DNA from: Catajapyx aquilonaris
Taxonomy: Eukaryota
Reading direction: 5' to 3'
Length of the DNA stretch: 64,000 nt
NCBI GenBank assembly: GCA_000934665.2
Contig: KZ538352.1
Span: 1 to 64,000, forward strand
Shown here: positions 15,186 to 27,031 of the stretch, piece by piece
Layout: each line of letters begins with the position of its first letter
Numbering within the stretch: the first letter of the stretch is position 1
Notes under the pieces: generated by a model
The model's database searches: none
Told to the model about the DNA's origin: nothing
The model's input: the letters and a program-made list of their open reading frames with translations, nothing else
Made by a program: the position numbers and the translations under genes

Positions 15186-17540
15186 ATGGACGTCAACAAG
15201 TACAGGACGTTCTTTGACCGGCAACCGTCCGGCGAGGGGAACACAGTCGAGACAGTTCGTGCCTTGCATCGCACAGTCATAGCTCTTCGGACTGAGCTGG
15301 AACGAGCCAAAGGGATGGACAATCCAGGAGAAAAGTCGGACAATGCGGACAGTGATGGTAGTGGACTGGACTATACTCTTAAGGTGGCTGAAGAGCCGGA
15401 GGAGCCAGATGACGACAGCACCACAGTGGACGATATTGAACTGATATTCACCACAGATGACACTAAGGAATTGCCGGAGTGCATGGAGACGCTGGTGTCC
15501 ATATCGGACGGGGAAGGCGAGGAAGAGGATAAAGAAAACAAGGGACGTCCTGTTCTACTGAAGTACCAGCAGGTTCGGTTCGACACAGACGATGTGAGAC
15601 CCATACTGGCAAGTAGCAACGCCCCGAAGCGTGAATCCTGTGCCCAAACACTCATCACTGCGATACCGAAGCAGTGGAAGAGTGAGAACTATCTGGCGCA
15701 CAGGTTTGCACCCGCAGTGCAGTTTGCCGCACTTCCTTCCAAGTTCAGCCTGCCGTCAACTCAACGTCGGGCACCTCCTCCGACAACCAAGCCTCGAGCA
15801 CTTCTCTCCGATCTGAATTTCACTAGCATGGTGCCAGAATTTACTCGCAGTGCTGACCGACTGAATGGATCTACTTCTCGCCGCACACGACGAGTACTGG
15901 ACAGTACTGGAGAGGAGCCGGACTGCTACAGTCGGGAGGGTGCTTCTGGGATGCGGCGGTGGCATCACGCTAGGGTGCCAGACACATCCCGACAGCAGTG
16001 GTGGTCAGTGCCGTCATCACCAGAACATGGATCTGGCGAACAGTTCCAGACTCCTGCTCCACTGCGCCGTAGTTGGTCATCGCTACCGGCATCTCCGGCT
16101 CAGGGGAAGCCTCGGAAGAAGGGACGCAAAGGGAAACACAAAGTTGCATTTGCTTCGATGCGTCCTTCTGGGTCCCTCCCTAATTTGGCCACGCCGGATG
16201 GTGACAGCGGCGGGTCGACAGACTCTTTAATTGACGAGGCGGAGGAGTTTGTACGCTCGTCAATCGACATGCTCCTGACACATGAAGACTGGGAGACCAT
16301 TGTACGCCGCCGGAAGCTCAGGCGTCGTTCGGAGCCAGATTTCGTGAGGGGCATCCCTATCCCTCTCTCCAGGCCGTTCCTGCCGAGGGCCAGCACTGAC
16401 CTGAAGCTGTACGACTACGTAAAAGTCATTCACCTGGGTGGGAGGGTCGGGGTCGGAAGGGTCAGGTACTCTGGTCATCCTCCAGGGAAGCTCGAGCCGT
16501 ACGTAGGTGTTGAGTTGGAAACGTCCTCAGGCGACTGCGACGGAAACTTCGAAGGGAACAGATACTTCGAATGGTAAGCATTGTATTTTATGCACCTTTT
16601 TTTTTTGTCACACTGTCGCATGACTTGTAGTACCATTTCTATTCAGAATTTGATGATATTCAATTTCTATGACTGGCCGAAAGCGATGGCAGAAAAAAAA
16701 AAAAGCTTAACTGATATGGGATTATAATGACGCTTGTCTTCAAAAAAGGGAAACTTGACGGCTCATTTGAAGGACAGCGCCATTGCCACTTTGAGGTCAA
16801 GCGTATGATTAATGACCAGTGAGTTGATCACACTTTAGTCGCAGGATGAAAGTGTCCGGCATTCTCCGAGTGCGGCAGGGATTAAGTCGCAGAAAGAAAG
16901 TAATAATAATAGACGACAAAAGCAAGAGTTGGCTTTTAACGGCAGCAATGCCGGTGAGCGACTGCAAAAGTTTTTTCCATGTTGGAAAAAGTTGCCTAAA
17001 ATTTTAACCATTACAGGCTCAGAACCTGGAAAAGTCCAGCCTTCAAAATGGAAATTACATGCAAATCGAAAGCCTTTGCTTATTTTTGCGCTTTTGACAC
17101 ATGCGGAGCGGTGCATCCGAATTGAATTTTTGCGCTGAAAGGGAAGTACATTTCCAGGGTGAATTATGCAGCCAGTGTCTGTTGTCCCAAGTATTGATTC
17201 CATGTACGTGACGCAGGATCGCATCAGTTTGAATCCAGCCATTTAATGAGTAAAAGTTTGCGGTTATAGGGTTAAAAAAGCACTCTCCTTTCATCCGAGT
17301 GCTTTTGATTCGAGTCAACAACTGTAAACAAGTTTTTTTTAAGTGAAGGGACTTTCGCAATCTTTGTGCATGATGTGATTACCTGTTATGTTGCTTCTTT
17401 GTGCGTTTATATAACGCAAGTTGAACTGGAGCAAGACGATTGATGAGTTTTTGCCATGTTCTTGTCTCACCTATAGCGATGCAGGGAGAGGTGTTTTTGT
17501 GCCGTTCAAGAAGGTCATCCTGGCCTGGGCAGTGCGATAG
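15186..17540 (+). CDS. Uncharacterised, largely disordered protein with a C-terminal CAP-Gly domain
   Basis: Exon 15186-16573 (...GRVRYSG...VGVELETSSGDCDGNFEGNRYFE, TG|GTAAGC) joins 17477-17540 (C-DAGRGVFVPFKKVILAWAVR-TAG), completing the CAP-Gly consensus. An in-frame stop lies upstream of the ATG; a probable 5'UTR exon ends at 12685. Confidence 0.85.
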
Positions 17541-20500
17541 AAACAGATACGTCCATGGAGTTTAAAAAGGCAGTGCTGTGAGTATCCAGAACAGTTTTTT
17601 TTTTTTTTTTTTTTTAAACGTGAGTATGTGGTTGTCATCCGATTAATATTGCAGCATAACACACGGCATGTGAGTTTTTGGCACCGGCATTTTTTCAAAA
17701 AAAATGAATAAAATGAAGCTTCCTTTTTGTTGTGTCAAAACTGAAGCAGATTATCCTATGTAAAAAAAAAAATTAATTCAGCAGCTGGTGGCCGCTGCTG
17801 GACGGTGCCAAAACTTTTTTTTTTGCTCTTGCGATTGCAAGGTTTTTAGTCCTTTTTAGACCCGATTGCACTCTTGGTATTAAAACCTCCACTGAAATGC
17901 CAGCGCGATTTTTTTGCCAATAATGTTGGTTCTCGTGCCAGTTATTTCCCGACCCTTTTGCTGGTCTCAAAATGTTTTAATGTCACGGGTGCGACTGGTC
18001 AATAGTCCGGGGTTTGTACATAGTTAGATGTCTCTTTCTTCCATCCAACCGACAGGTTACAAACATTTAACGATGCAGCTTTTTTTTTTTCCCCCTAGTT
18101 TGAGTTCCCCAGCTTAAGGTTTTTCAGTTTGCTCAATGGAGGCGTGTAGCCGCCTTTTTCAACTGTGCAATTGCCAATTTTGTATCCGTTGTTTTGCAGT
18201 GCCCTTTGTTTTCAACAGTTCCCGGCCTGTATTGCTGTCATGTCATTAGTATTGAAAGTTCAGTACCACACGGCCGACACTTGTTGTAAATGTTGGGCAC
18301 AGCGCGATTTTTTAATTGCGATGTCGCCCACAGTGTAAAAATAATTAGTCGTGGACCGTTTGAGTGCAGGCATTTAACACGATGTTACTGCTCAGGGGGG
18401 GTGGCGGAGCGGATGAAAACGAAGCATTGCTTATGCAGCGGTGCATAATGCAGAGAGATATATGCTGTTGAGGTGGAATGAGAGTCAAGGACGTCCAAGA
18501 GTTTTTGAAATATTTTTTTGACATGTTTCAAGTAAAGGAGTGGCTTGTTCCTGTTTGAGGTTTTTCGGTGCTAAGAAATAGAGAGTTAAACTACCGTTTC
18601 ATATTAAGTTTTATGCATGTTAATTTTTATTGCTGAGTTTAATTTTCAAATGGGGGGGGTTTTTTTGGAGATGTGAATATTTTTTATTTGTCATTGGTAT
18701 CGATGCAATATTCATGAGTTTAGTTGTTTTATTCAGAATCCGTGGGCAGCTATCTTGAAAATGAGGATGGGCATTAAGTTGCTGTTATACAAGTCGTGCA
18801 AAAGGACCTTGGGACAGAACGATTTGTCCCCCTTTTTTTTTTCGCAAAGGTCAAGTTTAATGGAACCATTTCAGCTGCTTGCAACACACACATTTTTAAT
18901 CTCGTCAGTATTTTTGAGTTAATTGTTGCTCGGCCATCTTCAGCGTTATTGCTCAACAAAATGTAAACCGGAGAAAAGACATGGGTGTTCTGTGTATAAA
19001 AGTGAACGATAAATTTCAGATGTTACTATACGCTGTGTAAATATTGTAAGGGCAGCTGGGGTATAAAGCCAATTTATTCAGGTTATCCGAATACGTGAGA
19101 CCAAACCCAACCCAGATTACTACGGTTTATTTGGTGTTTTGGTTCGTTTAAATAGGATACGTGTTGCGTGTTTTACATGGTGCGGAGGGGGAATGTTCAT
19201 ACATCGCTCAGGTTCAGTGCCATTGAGTTCATAAGATTGCGGATCAGTTACAAGTAAAGGGTTGTGCGTATGTTGTTTGTTTTGTTTTTCTTTTAGTGTT
19301 GTATTGCAACAATGCAATGATGTTTCAGGATGGCGTGACTGTTATGTTGTCGCGTCACACACGTAGTCTGAATATTTTGCTCTGTGATCTGTTACTCGTC
19401 CTGGATAAGAACGCATATATTGGTTGTAATTTTGCTTGCATCACCATAATGGTACATATCTGTTCAGGTTTAGCCTCACCGAGCTGTACGGAAATTGTAA
19501 CTAGTTTTTGTTACATGTCGTGCCTGTGAAGTAGTGTGTCAGTATTTGTGTCATGCAAGAATGGGCGTTACTTTTTGTAACAGTTGCGTGATAACACCCA
19601 AAAAAAAAAAGTTACATTAAAAAAAATTGTACCACTGATTGTATGTGGGCAGAACCTGTACAGTAGGGATCCTGTGTGTGGAGTTATATTTGTACACTGT
19701 GAGTCTTTGCATGTCTGTGAAAAATTCCCCCTATTCTTGCAGCTTGGAAACAATACAAGAATTTCCCCAGTTCTTTGTAATGGCCAATGTACAATTGCTG
19801 ATGATTATAAACCGATTCAAGGGCACTGGCTTTTCTTCATTTCCGACTTGGTTCCTGCCATCCCCCATCCTTCAAGAGTTGGGCCAAAAACCTGCAAAAG
19901 TTTGGGCAACGTCCAATAACCGGTACCATCGGTGCGAGGTTCCTTGCAACGGAGAGAGTGGAAGTCCAAAAATAACAAGGGTGTTATAGGTAACTAGTTT
20001 TTTGGCACCACCCTAACCTCATTACCTGTGAATTTCCCACTCTTGGTAACGACCAAGCAGGACAGGACCAATTTGCATTGATTTTGGTGTTTTGGAGGGG
20101 AGGACCCTTCTTCTTCCTTTGGTCGTGGTAACCTGGCCATATGGAACTTAGAAAGTCTTCTCTTATAGCAACCAGCCCAAACAAGCTAAAGAAGTGTCCT
20201 TTTTTTATTTTAATAAAGGGGAAATTGTGGGGGGGGGGGGCAAGCGTGGAGAAAATAGTGGAAAGTGTTTTACAAAAGCTTCATGCGTCGTACAATGGCA
20301 CAGTATCTTCCATACACCATGGCCTTCCCCTCTAACCCCATTAGCAAAATCGAGTTTTGCAGAGTGTTGTTCTCTTGAGGAATTAGCCTACACTCAGCGG
20401 GGCGCTTTGATCCAATGATAATGTTAAAGAGTAGTGTCCCATAGAGGCAAACAATGACACTTGTATGTTATGTCAGACCCTTTTAAAGGACACTACACTT

Positions 20501-20611
20501 TTGATTAGTTGCTTCTAAAGGGGGTGTCAAGTGTACATTAATCGACACCCTCTTTGTAGGCAGAGGTATGGCTTTTCTTTTTATATCACACAGTCCAGGT
20601 CAGATTGAGGG

Positions 20612-22872
20612 TCATCTTCGCCAGCCAAGCAGGCTTGAATAAGGAGAGAACCAGGAATAGGTGCCTCGGGTGCTGACCCCATAGGTCAACCCGGAAGTGA
20701 AGGGGTATCCTCCAGTCAAATCCACAGTAACTGGCTGTCCGAGGGTGACACTAATTGGAGGAGACACAGAGTACGTGTGATGGTGATAGTGAAGCTCCTC
20801 AGATTTGTACTGCTCCATTGGATCTGCCACTAAAGGACGATGTCGAGGAATGTCTTCCTGGAACAACTGACGGGACACCCTAGGTTTTTCCTCTAGGTCT
20901 CCACTCACGTCCTCTGGGGGGAAAAAAGGATGGCTTTAAGATACGAGTCCCTTGACTTGTGGCGCATTATCCGCATGATTCAAAGGGTGTTGCACAACCC
21001 GTTGGGTTTGAGGCACGTGGCGCCTTTGTGACAGCCACTGGCACGAGCTTCCAAGCTTGATTTATGGGACAGTTGGGCGCTTGGCAATGTACGTAGCATG
21101 ATTAGAAACCAGATATAAAGCTTCAAAATTCAATGGCTGCCCACGACACCATCGCCAACTGTCAAAGGCGTCCCTTGAATTACAGATCAACGAACTGTGC
21201 AACTCAATTGAAGGAATCAGTTGTCTACAAATCAGAAGGGGGTCACCACCCCCTCCATAGCTGACCTGTAGCCTTGCCAATGACCAGGTCCACTATTGCC
21301 GGAAATGTGGGCGCGTCCAGACTTGCTGTAAAGGCCAGGAAGGTCATCCAAGCCAACACCTGAGAAAGAATATAAGAAAGAAGGACACACGCTCTCTATA
21401 TAGACACAAGGTGAGTGCCCACAACAGGTGGAACTGGTCAGTTTATGATGTGCAGAAGGCGGAAGGTTACTTGCTGGCCATGCTCCTTTCTCTTTCCAAT
21501 ATGATGGCAACAATGCTGGATGCTCCGAATTGGTAATTGCAGGGCGACTGGTTTTTTTTTTTCAACGATAGTTATGTGGCGTGACATAGTTTCATATCAC
21601 GTATATCCAAAGGTCAAAAATGCAGATGGAGTAGCCAATGAATAAAATGTTATATATATATATTTTGTTTAGTACTTCCCACCCCATCGTGTTCACATGA
21701 CCTTCGTTGAACCCCCACTTTAAATTTGCATGCCAAAATAATATACAGATGGTCCTTGACCGAATCTCAATTGATGGATGACATCATCCAGTCAGCAATC
21801 GATTTGTAGGCGGTGGTAATGGCCAGTAAAATGTAGTAAACAGCCAGTTAATTAAGGATGATGCATGAGACTTTAAACTGTGCTTCCTTCTGACATAAAT
21901 GACCTTTATTGTTTCGAAACCCCTCGCAAATTGCGGTTTTTACTGTTAGTACACGATGTAAAAGTCTGCATGGAGGGGGCTTATCCACCCCCTAATTTAA
22001 CCAACAATGTTATGCAATTCATACCAAAACACGAAGGTATGTCTCCAGCATCTTCATCTTGGCTAATTTTTTTTTGCACAGACAATAGTGCGAAACAGGA
22101 AGCTGCGGTAATGTCAATAAAAAATTGCGCACACCCCCCGGAAAACCCCCCCCGTAACAACAATGAAGTAATCAGGGTAATAATTTCGAAATTAGTGCAT
22201 TGTTTGGCCTCCTGTGCTTGTAAAGTGATTAAGTACAGTTTTATTTACGGAATTTACTGGTCCGCATGCAGGCGTCACGTTTTCTAGTGTTTTTGCCAAT
22301 TTTTTTTTCTTCTTGCGGGTTGTTGCGGTAGGTCATGTATTTATATCGCCAAAAAAATACTTTGGCGACGCACGTCAGGCACTGACTTTCATAAGATGCA
22401 GCTACACGATAACAGCATTATTTTTTTTTGCACGACTTGCCATTTCGCACGAAGCTTTAATTAATCCAACGGCTTAAAAGTTTCGCCAAAGTATGGCCGC
22501 AAATAACGTTTGAATTAAACCAATTAAATTAATGCAAATTGTTGCTAATAATGAACTGAGATTGTAAAAAATGCTCTTGATCATTTTGTAGCCTCAATTT
22601 AACGCTAATTAGCATCATTTTATGTGCCGGTACGGCCATAATTTATTAGAAAAATACCATTAATTTAACGTAAATTAATTGACATTAATTTTGTACTCGA
22701 GCATGGCCATAATTTATTAGAGAAATATATAAATTAAAATTGAAAATCTAACCCAACCGACCTGGTATAGGCCTACTAATTGGCTCAATTAATTAATTAT
22801 AAATTATAATTAAACACGTTTAATAGCCTTATTAGTTGCCTCAGCACATTGACTTACAGTTAGGGTATCCAT
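20612..22872 (-). CDS. Putative small secreted protein / prepropeptide (136 aa, 3 exons), family unknown
   Basis: 22872-22858 (MDTLT|GTAAGT), then 21359-21266 (TTTCTCAG|VLAWMTFLAFTASLDAPTFPAIVDLVIGKAT, phase 1), then 20913-20612 (CCCCCCAG|EDVSGDLEEKPRVSRQLFQ...YSSLLGWRR-TGA). Phases match and the join creates a hydrophobic signal-like N-terminus. Confidence 0.62.
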
Positions 22873-24828
22873 ACCACGACTGGGGTGACCAGAGTCCGAT
22901 GGTGTTGGTCCAGCTTCTTTTACCTTCCACAACCGACAACCTGATGACTAAGAACTTACCTTGTGGCCTCCATATGTTAAGAGAGGGTTGGTCTATAGAG
23001 AGAGGGGGGGTTAGAATTTTTTGAAGTGGGGCGCCATGCCGTGCTATTCGACCCCCCTCCAAACCACTTCGCCAACCAAAAAGCCATGCCAATTCCCAAA
23101 AGAACTTTCACTGCTTCGCATCTTTTCTCTCAAAGAAGATTCCCAGGCACATCATGATAGTTGCACGACCTGATTTTTTTTTTTTTTTTTACATACTAAC
23201 AAAGTGCCTGGTGATTAATTTTTTGTGTGTGTGTGTGTGTGTCCAGTGGATGACATAACTCGCCTAGTTAATTTTTGCGAAAATGATGGTTTGGGTGCTC
23301 GAAATGAGTCCATAGTGAAAGTGAGTTCGTCCAAATCACGATTCTGAAGTCGTCTTTTTTTTTAAAAATAATAATAATAAAAAAAAGAAATTGCGACAGG
23401 AATGGTCTAAACTCTTTAAGTAATTCAGATGAGCACTTGGTTTATGAGCCAGGTCGCAATTTCGCTTTGGAATTACTTTCACCCTCTGTACTTGCTGTAG
23501 TGGAATTTTAACTCCTCCGGGTGAATACCAGACCCACCCAGAACCAGATTGAGTTAACTGTTACACCGAGGTTTCAGGACGAGTTGGCCTTAATTGTTGA
23601 GTCTGATTGGATAAGACTGCATTTATTGTTGGCAATTAATTTGAATTTAAAAAAGTAACATCCGGAAACTATTCCGGGTAGTGAAGTCATTAGTATGTAA
23701 TTAGCTAATTGTGACGTCAGTGCCGGAAAATAACATTGTTAATTTGCGTGAACATATGGCTTTAATTAAGGGTTGCATTTATGGGGGCAATTACATACGT
23801 ATGAGTAATTGGAACGAATAGTTTATTTCTAGACATCCAGTTATCTCTATTTGCGGAGATATCGGTGCGGAAATTGTTTTGAAGTACTTGCACCCAGCTC
23901 TGGGGGGGGTGTCTTAAGTACCAATAGTTGATAAATCTCAAGGACTTCAAGCTTTGGATATACATCTTGCTGCACATAATCAAACCTTTTTTTTAACGAG
24001 TTGGTGAAATCGGGAATTTATGGACGAGGCGTGATATTGTTGTCTAGTATCAGATCAGCTCATAAAGTGTACATTGTTGAAAGTAATTGCGACACCCAAT
24101 GTGTAAATAATGAAAATAATTCTATATTAGTTTTAGATTCATGTGCTTTTTTTCTCTCTCTTCAAAAAGTCGAATTTCTCTGCGGTTTTCTCCTTTATTT
24201 GGCGCAAGAAGCCGCAAATATATTGATAATTTCATACAGCGGTTTTTTTTCAGCTCAATTTCATGATATTGCTTCACGTGAATTGGCGTGTCAACACGAG
24301 TTGATGCCAATTTTAGATTTGTTTACCAATCGACTTGGAAAGCCTGCCGTTTTGGTAAACAAGGCCTCTTTGGTGCTTCCTGGTAAATGGTGTCAGCTGG
24401 TTTTTTTTCTTCTCCATATATTTTAATTATGTGTGCTCTCTTGGCACTTAGAGCAGATTAGAAGTGTCACCTTGGGAATGCTTAGAAATGCGGATGGTCA
24501 GGTTTGGTGACTCGTTACGCGTGGTTATTAGCCAAGACGGGCTCTTTTTTTGTTGTAATTTTTAGTCATTTGCGTTCGTTTAATGAGGTCAATTTGTACC
24601 GTTAAGTGTTTACACATAAATTTAGGTGCCTTTTAAAAACACATCAGTCGGGAAAAATTGGTACGTTGTCTACATCCGTCAGCAACATAAATTAATAATA
24701 ATTAAAACAAACTCCAAGCTGAATTCAATTTCATCTTAAGTTGTACAAATGAAATTTTTTTTTCTTCAAAAATATTGATTTGGTAAATAGGCTAGACCTT
24801 CCGATCGACATGTGAAAGCAGATGGTGC

Positions 24829-24900
24829 AATCTGGCCATGTTAGCAGCGCTCTCGACTCTCAATCTAGGGTCCCGGGTTCAAATCCCGGGTGAGAGTGAG
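24829..24900 (+). mobile_element. Degenerate tRNA-like / SINE head
   Basis: TGGCCATGTTAGCAGCGCTCTCGACTCTCAATCTAGGGTCCCGGGTTCAAATCCCGGG contains a T-arm/B box but has no intact acceptor stem. Confidence 0.55.
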
Positions 24901-25037
24901 TCAAAATGTATTTGTTGCCATCAGTTCAGGCCAAGATGGCGGCGATTCCTCTTCATCTTCCGGGTCAATCTCGGAAGGGCAAATAAGAGGAGGACAGGGG
25001 GAGGAAAGAGAAAAATTATTTTTATTTCTGATACATT

Positions 25038-26714
25038 GGATGAAAATAGAATCTAAAACCGCGTCGACGATCTGCGCATCGCCACCCACGGCTTTAGAAG
25101 CGGGTGGGGATTTATTTTTATTATTTTTATTAATCCATCATAGAACAAAAGCCACGATGCAGTGATGCTATCAGCAGTCACATTTTAATATCTACATCAT
25201 AAGAAAAAGAGAGAAAAAAGTGTGCCGAACAGGTATCGAACGACCGTCCTCATGATCACAAGGAGGTGACCATAACCACTCGCCTACTCCCCATCCACAC
25301 CGATTAGCGGCCAACCGGGACTGCTACATTTGGCTAGGGGCATACTTATTGTTCACATGGAGAGACGTACTGTATAATTATCTATGTACTGTGCTCTGTA
25401 CTGGCTCATTACGAAAGACCCGACAGATGGAGACTGAGGTAGTAGGGCCTGCCTCTGACCAAAAACCTAATATTAGGGCCTCTGAGGTCAAAGGTCAGCC
25501 TGCAACAAACCATGGGAAATGCCCTAAAAATGGTGCTGGTTCATTTGCATGTGCATGTGAGTGGATAGGACCTGTAGTTAAAATTTTAGGAGTGAATATT
25601 TGGGGGGCTAATGGGTTTGAGAATGGAACTCCCTGGTATAAGACAAATGTAGGGACTATGGGGTGCGTAGGGTGGGGGCTGCCGGGATGGACAACACAAG
25701 CGAAGCCACTAGATCATTTGAAAGAATTTTTATTATTTTGACTTTTTTCTTCGAAAAAAGTGACCGCCCCCTCCCATTAAGCAGGTGTCTTCAAAATTTT
25801 TTTTAAAAAAAATCTCTCCCCCCCTCCTCCTCCTCCTCCACGTCTCAACTCGGAAGATGTTTCGGTTACAGAACTTCACAAGTCTCCATCTTGGCCAGAG
25901 ATGTCGACTGCAAATTTTTTTTCGGGCTCTCGACCGTGGAGACCCGGGATTTGAACCCGCATCTCCCGATTGGGAGTCTGATGCGCTACCTCTGAGCCAC
26001 GCTCAGGTGCAACGAGGGTGTGAGTGTTGGAAGGGTCTAGCCTATTTAAAAGACCGTAGGAGGTAGGAAGCCAGCTGCGGGATCGAAAATGTCTGCCTCG
26101 CATACCCTCCATTTTGGGTCAATAGCCTGCTACCTCTTGCGCCTGTCTACCTCTAGCCTTCTTTTGATACCCTAGTATGGGCCATAAGGAAAAATTGGCT
26201 AGATTGACGATCTAGCCGACTTTTTAAATGCTAGGGGATCAAAAGAAGGCTTAACCGTAGGAGGTAGGAAGCCAGCCGCGGGATCCAAAATGGGAGGTAT
26301 ACAAGGCAGGCATTTTCGATCCCGCAGCTGGCTTCCTACCTCAGTCTCCATCTGTCGGGTCTTTCGTAATGAGCCTGTACAGAGCACAGTACATATAGAT
26401 ATACAGTACGTCTCTCCATGTGAGCAAGGATGCCCCTAGCCAAATGTAGCAGTCCCTGTTGGCCGGTAATCGGTGTGGATGGGGAGTAGGCGAGTGGTTA
26501 TGGTCACCTCCTTGTGATCATGAGGACGGTCGTTCGAGTCCCGTTCGGCTTAATTCTCTTTATTTTTTAAAATATTTTTTTAAAAGATATTAATGGTTGC
26601 TTGTGTGCTGCTTCGTGACATGTACTGTACGATGGATTAATATTGACAAAATAATAATAAAATCCGAGGTTGCGCAGAACGTCGCCGCGATTTTACATAT
26701 TCTATTTTTCATCC
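25038..26714. mobile_element. Foldback element with ~400-bp inverted arms carrying tRNA-like segments
   Basis: 25038-25442 is the reverse complement of 26338-26714; the inner ~220 bp are highly similar and the outer part more diverged. Internal hairpin at 26261-26342 and a further tRNA-like segment on the minus strand at ~25925-26002. Confidence 0.85.
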
Positions 26715-27031
26715 CTGCCTTCAACACAACATTATATCATGTAAATGTGAAGCCGAAATTGTGAGACCATTTCTCTGCTCTGTGTAGCCTTACCTGGTAC
26801 TTGTACCTGTCACTATACAAGACAATCGTTGCGTTACTTGCAAGTTGTGACTAATCAGTCCTGATTTGAATGAAGTTCAAGACAATGCATGACTGTTGTA
26901 TGATCCAATTGCACTCTAATCAGTTGCCTAATTAATTGGTGATGACTACATATTTATTCCCAAAGTGCCAACGCACCATACATAATTTTACAAATCAAAT
27001 ACGTCCAATGGCATCTTCCCTACTCAGCATC

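Noticed and set aside
16771..18310. RE1/REST-like half sites (GGACAGCGCC; TTCAGCA...GGACGGTGCC)
   Set aside because: Half sites or wrong spacing only; compatible with chance.
19584..20184. Possible exons or ORFs on either strand
   Set aside because: Some splice-like sites exist, but I could not build a phase-consistent, protein-like model.
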